A stretch of 32,378 nt of DNA from an uncultured Clostridia bacterium (GTDB lineage Bacteria > Bacillota > Clostridia > Christensenellales > UBA1242), in assembly GCA_944384495.1 (NCBI GenBank), contig CALWTP010000037.1:1-32378 (forward strand). The letters run 5' to 3'. The notes beneath the pieces were generated by a model. That model worked only from the letters and a program-made list of their open reading frames with translations, searched no databases and was not told the DNA's origin. The translations under genes were made by a program, and so were the position numbers. This document shows positions 17,701 through 25,047 of the stretch, piece after piece. Numbering within the stretch: the first letter of the stretch is position 1; each line of letters starts with the position of its first letter.

Positions 17701-20249
17701 AAGGTTTCAAACTCAATAAAAAGCATCTCATCTTCGATGTAAAGCTTGGCTGTCATATCATTATAGACTATTATTGCAGTAAATTTATCGGAGGCAATAT
17801 CCATTTCAACAGTCGCACTTAATTGAACGTTTCCCTGAAGTGTAATATCTAGCGCGATCTTACTATTTATAATAGAGGAGTAGGCTTTTCCAATCAAATC
17901 GGCTACTTTGGATATATCTTGATAATCCTCTTTATTGATAGTAGACAACTGATGATTTTGTTCTGCTACATTCATCTTGGCAAAGATAAGATCATAGTTT
18001 ATGTCAATCTGCTTAATATTTTCGTAAAAAATTATGTCAATAACAGCTTGGTTAAACTCGATAGTTAGACAATTGCCTGCAAGCGACATATCAAGATCGC
18101 TTAAATCAAAGTCAGCGAGAATATCATTAAAATTCAGAATAGAAGATAGGTCAATAGCAAAATATTGATTTACAATTTGAACAAGCTCATCAAGTTCATC
18201 AAAATCAAAAGACAGATAAATCTCATTAATATTGAGATAGAGCTTATTTTGATCAATTAAAACCATTCCGAAGGTTTTGCCATTGTTAAAGCAAAGCTCT
18301 GCTTGCAAACCATCATGATCAAAATCAATAAAACCGTCTACAACAAAACTATCAATAGATGCTTGGATATCAAAATAGAATTTTCCTTCTGTCATATAGC
18401 TATATATATTTTTAAAAACTGGTAAGTAGTCTGCAAGGTTTGCATATTCCTGGTCGTTGATTTGAGGAGGGGAAACGACATCGTGGCCGGCAAAAATATC
18501 ACCCTTGAGAGAAACTAAATCATTTTCAAAGTTAATACTGATACAATTTTCACCATTTACACATTCAATTGACATCTCGCCCATTTTAAGGATGAAGCCT
18601 TCCTGTGATACTTGAATAACATCAACGGACGGTAAGGATTGAACAATATCCAGAATAGACATGATGGAGGAGAGGAGATTATCAGATTGTAAAAACTCTT
18701 TCAAGTCAGCTTTGACAGATATGTTTGAAAACTGCACATAAGCAGTACCGCTATTGATAATAAGCTCAAGTTCTTGCCCGAAAATTGTGGCATAAAGATA
18801 TCCATTTATACCATCGTTAATACTTAAGTCAAACGACACAGGAACAACAATTCCATTAAACAGCAATTCCATTTCACCGCTTATACAAGGGGAGTAAACG
18901 ATATTGAAAACATTTTCAATTGTGCTGAAAAAATCTGAAATATCGGCATAGCTTTCTTGACTTTGTGCTAAGGCAATCTCTCGCACTTCTGTGCTTTTTA
19001 AATTGATATCAAAGATTTCTGTTTCGAGTTTGAATTCACTAAATTCAGAATTATCTGCTGTTATATACATATTTCCAATTGAGTCGATAGGAATCATTGT
19101 GACATTGCCAGTTGTTTCAATTGCATTTAAAAATGATAGGTCAAGTGAAGAAAGATCCAAATTGGCAATATCGAAATCGGCCAACGGCAACATGGCAAAT
19201 AGTGTTTCAAAATCTTTATTTTGAATAGATTGAATAATGGTGATGATGAGTTCGCTTGGCAACTCTATATCCATAACACGGGCCAAAATTGACGACAACT
19301 CATCAAGGTCGTTTATATTAAACTTTAAATAAAGCTGGCCAATTTCAAGGTAGAGTGTGTCTCTTAAGAATAGTAGAGATATATCACCACTGTTTGTGTT
19401 TATGGTGATGTTTGTATCGAGTGATGATGGCTTAAAATCCAGCTGTCCTATTATTTCCTGACCTTTAAATGATGCGATAAAGTCAAAAGAAAGGGAATCG
19501 CGCGTTATTAAATCGGTCGCAACATTCATGATGTTGGTGATATCATTATAACCATTAAATTCACCATCAACCACTACATCTTGTGGGTAGTCTATACTAC
19601 CTTGCACCGATATAATTGTTTGATCATTGATTTTAAATTCAGGAATGGATAGGCTTTTTAATTTATAATCACTGTCAGTTGTTAAATTTAAAGAGCCAAT
19701 AAGGGGCACTTCTATACTTAACAATATATCATCGCCAATATTGGTTTGGCTAAAATTTTTCAGCATTAAGAGAATGTCATTGATGTTTAGAGTTGATAGA
19801 TCAAGCCCAACATATCCCAATAAAGACGTAAATATGTCAAGCAGGGGATCTTCAACGGCATCAGTTTCAAAGAAAATTTTGTTATTTTGAATATCAGCAT
19901 ATACTGCATGATTTACATAGTCAATATTTAAATAACTCTCAGCTTCGCCATTTTTATAAACAATTTGACCAGTAAAATTTAAATCTTCATTTTGCGCCGG
20001 GATATTAGTTTGAGCAGATAGCAGTAGTGACGAACTTGAATTTTCACCAATTATATCAATCTCAAAATCCACAGCCAAAGCGGAGCTTGCAAAGATGTGG
20101 TTTACGATCTGTGTAAGCTCATAGGGTGGGGTATCGGATTGTCCAGATGCACTTTTTTGAAGATTCGATGAAAGAGTGATAGCACCAAATGCCGATGCTA
20201 TCGATATAATTAAGTATAGGAATGTGTATAAAACAATCTTTCTTTTCAT
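14760..20249 (-). CDS. Giant exported/anchored hypothetical protein with ~9 tandem beta-rich domains of ~170-275 aa (LolA/LppX-like by pattern)
   Basis: Uninterrupted 1829-aa ORF; N-terminal KRK plus hydrophobic segment; recurring linker Y.(D/N)(I/L) and hairpin motif such as LLFLRDTLYLEIG / VILYNNSIYLSLY; RBS AGGGG overlapping the upstream stop. Confidence 0.85.
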   Translation of the reverse strand: MKRKIVLYTFLYLIISIASAFGAITLSSNLQKSASGQSDTPPYELTQIVNHIFASSALAVDFEIDIIGENSSSSLLLSAQTNIPAQNEDLNFTGQIVYKNGEAESYLNIDYVNHAVYADIQNNKIFFETDAVEDPLLDIFTSLLGYVGLDLSTLNINDILLMLKNFSQTNIGDDILLSIEVPLIGSLNLTTDSDYKLKSLSIPEFKINDQTIISVQGSIDYPQDVVVDGEFNGYNDITNIMNVATDLITRDSLSFDFIASFKGQEIIGQLDFKPSSLDTNITINTNSGDISLLFLRDTLYLEIGQLYLKFNINDLDELSSILARVMDIELPSELIITIIQSIQNKDFETLFAMLPLADFDIANLDLSSLDLSFLNAIETTGNVTMIPIDSIGNMYITADNSEFSEFKLETEIFDINLKSTEVREIALAQSQESYADISDFFSTIENVFNIVYSPCISGEMELLFNGIVVPVSFDLSINDGINGYLYATIFGQELELIINSGTAYVQFSNISVKADLKEFLQSDNLLSSIMSILDIVQSLPSVDVIQVSQEGFILKMGEMSIECVNGENCISINFENDLVSLKGDIFAGHDVVSPPQINDQEYANLADYLPVFKNIYSYMTEGKFYFDIQASIDSFVVDGFIDFDHDGLQAELCFNNGKTFGMVLIDQNKLYLNINEIYLSFDFDELDELVQIVNQYFAIDLSSILNFNDILADFDLSDLDMSLAGNCLTIEFNQAVIDIIFYENIKQIDINYDLIFAKMNVAEQNHQLSTINKEDYQDISKVADLIGKAYSSIINSKIALDITLQGNVQLSATVEMDIASDKFTAIIVYNDMTAKLYIEDEMLFIEFETLYLKASLSEINSLCEMLTSISPIDIPLDKILEIYNLFKSGNLTKIFEMLDFDLSALTNLDLSILKELVIDENSLTLTVSGLGKIQLALSNNTLSSFSLENENISLLANSKPYQNLSHGNEGVYISISPILPTVEKLVSILSNQTLTGSGSITVDDLQVDFDYIIDYSNGLLLSANLYLFGQNVNMKYYNNNFYFEALGNKLYFSSSQVDQVISFLSDTFDINLNIDYLLDLLKDILKTEFNKNFIKNIVQLENGFEIQTLKNLSLTVLATDNNASVSIDFNEFELYLNLKPSSTNLNTPNIDQNSYLNIVEFLPHITYLYQAIQAQKMGITFDGSILDFSFNGNIYYSNGLLSLNANVYYNDLTAQVILYNNSIYLSLYNIKLMFSYNEIDRLSEFVKEYFQVDISSLIDGLSSFDLNNIESILKDLNIKIERECIVLSYQNFTVNLAINQVGSYIASVSGGDLQMNLEFIESTSTVRPAGSYYKLTNAINLFEMLFDFLNKKQFGVNLNLKLNNDSIYGDFQFDLVNQFKMSGSLYSYTLNNMNLSVSSLNNWTYFDVDGLYLKMNNSSFKEIAFMLVNALGLDVSSLNWFDDINTTLNFDGIQNLLGQLEEFTIESILAIIPKVKSFTLNAYGFNLVIDGAGLYGNSQAQDLTISLSSNGLRITSISIKNLYSNSDLSEKIDLTLSLQYFYAIQTPDLTKNYYDISGLKEILKAVVNMANYKDFTLSGSMKIVGSLIGIDISDEVNYSLKVKVVNGKIELYGVIGSIPVIPGVNNDVPYKVGDTNGGNNRYLYIYYKDGYVYLHRSEFVNIMFGISTRSYEKMTKVPLTHLMQNLSYYIQYALGLKDNIMSEINKSLNSDPGFINFSNILKSYSQSGMSYNFSLNMKELTGSQALDNLNLSLTLAKDSTGNNYLKDISYSLFMPLADIFSLTISSNNTSFVNFGDSVNMSNLYNFINNYRYGDFEQWEASNGKWSKVA

Positions 20250-20258
20250 GCATTACCC

Positions 20259-21383
20259 CTAAATGTTAAATTCAAGTTCGGTATATAAATTGCCTGTACA
20301 TTTTGCACCCATTGAAAACTTTACTGCAGTATAGTTTTCTGTTGTATCAAAGGATACAAAGTTCCAATTCTGATCTATTGTTACGATCTGTGTGATTGAT
20401 GTAAAGGTCGGATCTGCCTCAAGCGCCCCAGACCTCTTTACCTGCTTGTAATAATTCAACACACTGTATATTGGATGGAGCTCTAAGGTAAATGAATAGG
20501 TTCCATCCCCATTATCCACAATTTGGACACTATCTAAATTGAGAATGGTTTGTTCCGAAATGATATATGGATTGATTGTATTAAGATGGTTTCCGGTAAG
20601 CTCCTTATATTGCTGAGAGGTTATCCTCTCGCTTTCTTGCCAATTTGCCGACATTGAGCCGTTTTCATTTTGTTTAACAGAGGATCCATTGCTGATCGTT
20701 ACCATATTCGAATTGGCATCCATTTCGTCTTTAGTTGCCACCTGTAAAATTCCAACACTAATACTCTCAAATGAATAAGTGTTTCCATCAAAATATTTGG
20801 CGCTATAGACATCCTGTGAAGCAATGGTGGCTACATTCCCAATTCCAATCGCGCTGTAACTTGTGGCACGCTCGGCATTGTAAAGTGCGAGCAGATAGTT
20901 GTCAAGTGCATTTAAAGATGAGGAAAGGGGAGTGATTTGATTTTGCTTTGCAACTTCCACAAATGAATCCCAATCACTTTCGTTGCGAATTCCAAGTTTG
21001 ACGAAAGTAGAATTATATTCTGGCAGATATTCCTCTACATTGTATTGCAAATAATTTACATTGCTCTTTAGAACTGAATTGAAATACCATACACCAAGCC
21101 CACTTCCAGTAAAAATTCCAAATACCAGCAAAATCGCAAGCGCACGCATATTTTTTTTAAAAGTACCCTTTTGATATTCTTTTTCTTTTCGCTGATTTTC
21201 AAGCCGGGAAATTTCTCTTTTCGAGAGTCGTTTACGTTTAAGGTATTTTGACTTCAAATTATATGCATGGAAAATTAGGCCATAATTTTCTACATAAAAA
21301 GACTGACTTTCTTTTGAAGCCAACACCATAGTTTTGTCAATTTGTTTTATAAGTGAAGAAAATACAATTTTCTTTTTAGTCAT
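20259..21383 (-). CDS. Single-pass membrane protein: basic cytoplasmic N-terminus, TM helix, LolA/LppX-like ectodomain (start moved from 21470 to ATG 21383, 374 aa)
   Basis: GGAG RBS upstream of MTKKK; TM ALAILLVFGIFTGSGLGVWYF; beta-rich C-terminus (YSFTLEL, IVTIDQNWNFVSF); stop 9 nt before the giant gene. Confidence 0.8.
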   Translation of the reverse strand: MTKKKIVFSSLIKQIDKTMVLASKESQSFYVENYGLIFHAYNLKSKYLKRKRLSKREISRLENQRKEKEYQKGTFKKNMRALAILLVFGIFTGSGLGVWYFNSVLKSNVNYLQYNVEEYLPEYNSTFVKLGIRNESDWDSFVEVAKQNQITPLSSSLNALDNYLLALYNAERATSYSAIGIGNVATIASQDVYSAKYFDGNTYSFESISVGILQVATKDEMDANSNMVTISNGSSVKQNENGSMSANWQESERITSQQYKELTGNHLNTINPYIISEQTILNLDSVQIVDNGDGTYSFTLELHPIYSVLNYYKQVKRSGALEADPTFTSITQIVTIDQNWNFVSFDTTENYTAVKFSMGAKCTGNLYTELEFNI

Positions 21384-21575
21384 GTTATGCACTCCAAAAG
21401 TGGACCAGCAAACATACCATTTTTGTCGCTTGTTTAGTTGTGTATATATATGCGGACATAGCTTGTCCATGTGAATACTTTTTCGAAATTAAGGAGCGGT
21501 CTTAAACGACTAAAACGGATATCAATGCAAATCCAAAAGAATTTTATTCCAGCCAAGCTGGGCCTTACCCCTTAA
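21382..21575 (-). promoter_or_regulatory. Structured 5' leader, candidate cis-regulatory RNA of unrecognised class
   Basis: Four-way junction closed by UUAAGGGGU/GCUCCUUAA, then GGACA/UGUCC hairpin, then a hairpin covering SD and AUG. Confidence 0.55.
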
Positions 21576-21577
21576 GT

Positions 21578-21597
21578 AATGTAATTTAAGTTACATT
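21578..21597. promoter_or_regulatory. Palindromic operator candidate at the predicted transcription start
   Basis: AATGTAA-N6-TTACATT perfect 7-bp inverted repeat 3 bp from the -10 hexamer. Confidence 0.5.
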
Positions 21598-21600
21598 TAT

Positions 21601-21629
21601 ATTATATATCAAGAAACCAATAAAGTCAA
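21601..21629 (-). promoter_or_regulatory. sigmaA promoter for the giant-protein operon
   Basis: Minus strand TTGACT, 17 bp, TATAAT. Confidence 0.8.
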
Positions 21630-21698
21630 CTCCATTTTTAAATTAATTTGAAAATTTGTTTCAAAGCACTAATTTACATATCAAAAGCAGTAAAAAAT

Positions 21699-21736
21699 AG
21701 TGAATAAATATAAACAATCGTGAATAAATATTTATA
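21699..21736. promoter_or_regulatory. Tandem direct repeat resembling paired ArgR/AhrC boxes
   Basis: GTGAATAAATAT repeated with 20-bp period (two 18-mers, 2-bp gap). Confidence 0.35.
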
Positions 21737-21905
21737 AAAAAATATCATTACACGAAAAAGCATTATAGAGTTGTAAAGGGGAAATTATCACAATAAAAGT
21801 GTTTTCCATCGCCTTCAAGAGGAGCAAAGTTGAGAGCGAAGTCAACCAATATAAAATTCCAGTGATGTTTGTAAAATAAATTTAACATAAAAGTTTAAAA
21901 AATAC

Positions 21906-21934
21906 TTGACAACCGCCTATTAATTATATAAAAT
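21906..21934 (+). promoter_or_regulatory. sigmaA promoter for rplM-rpsI
   Basis: TTGACA (21906-21911), 17 bp, TAAAAT (21929-21934). Confidence 0.85.
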
Positions 21935-21939
21935 ATATC

Positions 21940-22056
21940 CGTCTTTATTTAAGGCTGTTTTTGTTTGTATTAGCCCCACAAAGGAAATTTGCCTTTTAAA
22001 GAAATGGTCTAACCCGAAGAAGGCCGATTTAAAATGATATATTCGGAGGAATTTTA
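21940..22056 (+). promoter_or_regulatory. Probable L13-S9 autoregulatory leader
   Basis: ~115-nt UTR before rplM containing TAGCCCC, reminiscent of Bacillota L13 leaders; called mainly on position. Confidence 0.4.
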
Positions 22057-22500
22057 ATGAAAACATATATGGCAAAACCAGCAGAGGTGGAGAGAAAATG
22101 GCTATTAATTGATGCCGCAGGACTTCCACTTGGACGAGTTGCTACATTTGTAACTGATATCTTGACTGGTAAAAAGAAAACTATTTACACGCCTCATGTT
22201 GACTGTGGTGATTTTTGCGTGGTTATCAACAGTGATAAGATTGTTTTAACAGGAAACAAACTTGAGGACAAAAAATTGAGATGGCATACTGGATATCAAG
22301 GAGGCCTCAAAGAGGTGAAATATTCAACCCTTATGAAGGAGAATTCACCTAAAGCGCTCACAGTTGCTGTAAAAGGAATGCTTCCAAAGACATCTCTTGG
22401 AAGAAAACAAATCACAAGACTGTTTATCTACAAGGGTGAGGAGCATTTGCAACAGGCTCAAAAACCTGAAAAAGTTGAAATAAAAGGAGTTAGAAACTAA
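22057..22500 (+). CDS. rplM: 50S ribosomal protein L13
   Basis: [43 protein letters not shown]. Confidence 0.98.
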   Translation: MKTYMAKPAEVERKWLLIDAAGLPLGRVATFVTDILTGKKKTIYTPHVDCGDFCVVINSDKIVLTGNKLEDKKLRWHTGYQGGLKEVKYSTLMKENSPKALTVAVKGMLPKTSLGRKQITRLFIYKGEEHLQQAQKPEKVEIKGVRN

Positions 22501-22910
22501 TGGCAGAGAAGAAGAACAAGACAGCCAGTCAAATTATTTCAACTGGCAGAAGAAAAAAGTCAATTGCAAGAGTTAGATTGTTCCCAGGAGAAGGGAAATG
22601 CTTGGTTAATGGCAGAGATATGGGAGAATATTTGCAACGAGATACATTGCTTTTAGTTGCAAGTCAACCTTTTACAGTCACTGGAACAATGGGTAAATAC
22701 GATGTTATTGCTCGTGTTCATGGCGGTGGAATCTCTGGGCAAGCAGGAGCGCTTTGTCACGGAATTGCAAGGGCACTTGTTAGAGCTGATGAACAGCTTA
22801 AACCAGAGCTTAAAAAAGCAGGCCTTTTGACACGTGACCCAAGAATGAAAGAAAGAAAGAAGTATGGATTGAAAAAGGCAAGAAAAGCTTCTCAGTTCTC
22901 AAAAAGATAA
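22500..22910 (+). CDS. rpsI: 30S ribosomal protein S9
   Basis: [41 protein letters not shown]. Confidence 0.98.
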   Translation: MAEKKNKTASQIISTGRRKKSIARVRLFPGEGKCLVNGRDMGEYLQRDTLLLVASQPFTVTGTMGKYDVIARVHGGGISGQAGALCHGIARALVRADEQLKPELKKAGLLTRDPRMKERKKYGLKKARKASQFSKR

Positions 22911-22921
22911 TTTGTTTACAC

Positions 22922-22952
22922 AAAAGATATGTTTCAAAACATATCTTTTTTT
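22922..22952 (+). terminator. Intrinsic terminator of rplM-rpsI
   Basis: AAAAGATATGTTT / AAACATATCTTTT stem plus T run. Confidence 0.85.
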
Positions 22953-23025
22953 GTGCTACAAATCATATAAATGTTTTGAATTAAACTGAGAATATGTTAT
23001 AAAATATTTATATTAAGGAGAGGAG

Positions 23026-23949
23026 ATGTTATACGATATTATAATTATTGGTGGTGGCCCTGCAGGAATTTCAGCTGGAATCTATGCAAAGCGGGCAGGC
23101 CGAAATGTGGCAATAATTGAAAAGGCATTGCCGGGAGGTCAGCTTGTGCTGATAGGTCAGATTGAAAATTATGCTGGATTTGCAAGCATAGACGGAAATG
23201 AGCTTGCATATAGATTTTTTGAACATGCCAAAAGCTTGGATATTCCTTTTATCAGTCAAGAAGTGATTGAATATGACTTTTCAAAAGATATAAAACTGAT
23301 AAGATGCAACAAAGACACATTCGAGGCAAAATCGGTTATTTTAGCACTCGGAAGTCACTCCAGAGAACTCAATATTGATGGGGAACAGCGATTGAAAGGG
23401 CGAGGAGTCAGTTATTGCGCGCTTTGCGATGGCAATTTTTTTAAAGGAAAGGATGTTGCTGTGGTGGGATCTGGTGATAGTGCATTTTCCGATGCTGTAT
23501 ATTTGTCAAACATCTGCAACAAGGTTTATATTCTGACAAAAGACAAATTAAAATTGCATAATTATGCAGAAAATGAGTTCGACGATAAGGATAATGTTTT
23601 TTTGCTTAAAAATGCGTTGTCAACGATGATTGAAGGGGAAGATAAGGTCGAAAAGCTCCATTACGACATGAATGGAGAAAGTAAGTGCATTGATGTAAGT
23701 GGAGTATTTGTTGCCATTGGAAGACGGCCGGATACTGGGGCTTTACAAGGCAAAATTGATATGAATGAAACGGGGTTTATCAAAACAAATAATTTCATGC
23801 AGACAAATATTGATGGAGTTTATGCTTGTGGCGATGTCAGAGATGGCGGTATCAAACAGATAGCAACTGCCGTTGGAGATGGTGCCATAGCGGGAACTGA
23901 GGCCAGCAAATATGTCTTAAGATTCAACCATAGCCATGATCTAAAATAA
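23026..23949 (+). CDS. trxB: Thioredoxin reductase-family flavoprotein
   Basis: IIGGGPAG, GRGVSYCALCDG, VVGSGDSA, GVFVAIG, GVYACGD, QIATAVGDG. Confidence 0.88.
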   Translation: MLYDIIIIGGGPAGISAGIYAKRAGRNVAIIEKALPGGQLVLIGQIENYAGFASIDGNELAYRFFEHAKSLDIPFISQEVIEYDFSKDIKLIRCNKDTFEAKSVILALGSHSRELNIDGEQRLKGRGVSYCALCDGNFFKGKDVAVVGSGDSAFSDAVYLSNICNKVYILTKDKLKLHNYAENEFDDKDNVFLLKNALSTMIEGEDKVEKLHYDMNGESKCIDVSGVFVAIGRRPDTGALQGKIDMNETGFIKTNNFMQTNIDGVYACGDVRDGGIKQIATAVGDGAIAGTEASKYVLRFNHSHDLK

Positions 23950-23990
23950 ATTTTCAAATTTAAACAAACATGACTATTTATTATTAATAT

Positions 23991-24022
23991 AAAAAGGAGG
24001 CGATAAAAATTTCGTCTCCTTT
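23991..24022. terminator. Terminator hairpin between convergent trxB and degV
   Basis: AAAGGAGGCGA / TCGTCTCCTTT inverted repeat with A/T flanks. Confidence 0.75.
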
Positions 24023-24040
24023 AATTTTATACCTGCGTCG

Positions 24041-24871
24041 TTAGTGACAGATAATGAGTCCTTTTTCGAGAGCATAATAGGAACAAAGGCCTCTCATAGG
24101 CATAATCTGTATCTCTTTAAAATTACAGTTTTTTTCTAGGTCCTCTTTTATAATATTCGCCTCATTTTCGGCAAAGCAATGCGTGATAATGATTTTGTCC
24201 TTTGAAAAATCCTTAGCCTTCTCCTTTATCATTTGGACCAGTTTTGTAAAACAATTTTTTAAGCCAATAATTTTCTTTGCCATCTTGATTTCGCCCTCAT
24301 GAGCGATGCAAATAGGGCGTATAACAAGTGTGCTTGCAATAAGGCCTGCGATACGACTCATTCGTCCATTATTGACAAGGTTGTCAAATTTTTGCAGAAT
24401 AAAGTAGAGACTGCGTCCATCTCTATACTTAATGATTTCTTCTTGAATTTTTTCAAAAGAAAGTCCGCCCTTTATAAGCTGGACAAGCTTTTCAACCAAC
24501 AAGATTTCGGTGCCACTACATTGTTTTGAGTCAATCACAAAAATGTTTTCAGGATTTTTGTATGAGTTTTTTGCTACACATGCGGAATTATAGCATCCCG
24601 AGAGCTTAGAAGTGATAGTCACAATAAAGGTATATTTGGCATTGTCAAACTCTTGTAAAAAAGACTCTGGAGCAGGGCAAGCACTCGAATTTTTCTTGGA
24701 AGAGTGCATATCTTCAAGCATAACTTGGCAATCTAAATCATCATTGTCCACATATTCCTTGTCATTTACATTGATTGTAAGTGGGATGACCTTAAAGGCA
24801 ATTTGATCATCTGTCAGATAGTCATTTTTTAAATCACTTGCACTATCGACAAGTATCTGATATTCTTTCAT
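24041..24871 (-). CDS. DegV/FakB-family fatty-acid-binding protein
   Basis: ILVDSASDL, IPLTI, SACPAP, ITSKLSGCYNSA, VIDSK, LVNNGRMS. Confidence 0.92.
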   Translation of the reverse strand: MKEYQILVDSASDLKNDYLTDDQIAFKVIPLTINVNDKEYVDNDDLDCQVMLEDMHSSKKNSSACPAPESFLQEFDNAKYTFIVTITSKLSGCYNSACVAKNSYKNPENIFVIDSKQCSGTEILLVEKLVQLIKGGLSFEKIQEEIIKYRDGRSLYFILQKFDNLVNNGRMSRIAGLIASTLVIRPICIAHEGEIKMAKKIIGLKNCFTKLVQMIKEKAKDFSKDKIIITHCFAENEANIIKEDLEKNCNFKEIQIMPMRGLCSYYALEKGLIICH

Positions 24872-25047
24872 TCATTTTTCTCCATAAATTATATTTATTT
24901 ATAATCCCAAGAATTTATAACGCAAAGTCATAAATTGTATTATTCATCTGTTTTTACAAGTATAGTCTTTTTTTTGCCAATCGCCAAATAAAATCTATAA
25001 TATTTTTCTATAATAGGAGAAATTTCTGCAAAATTTGACGAAAATGG

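Noticed and set aside
15856-19224. Plus-strand short ORFs inside the giant gene
   Set aside because: Antisense shadows with no RBS or domain signal
21384-21470. N-terminal extension MDKLCPH... of the 403-aa ORF
   Set aside because: No SD at 21470, whereas ATG 21383 has GGAG; the segment reads better as part of the structured leader
21489-21575. Four-way junction as a tRNA gene or yybP-ykoY riboswitch
   Set aside because: No TTCRA T-loop, 7-nt anticodon loop or CCA; lacks the GGGGAGUAGC and CAAGACC/CGAGACC Mn-sensing signature
21699-21730. GTGAATAA copies as DnaA boxes marking oriC
   Set aside because: Only two imperfect matches and no dnaA context; an ARG-box-like reading fits the spacing better
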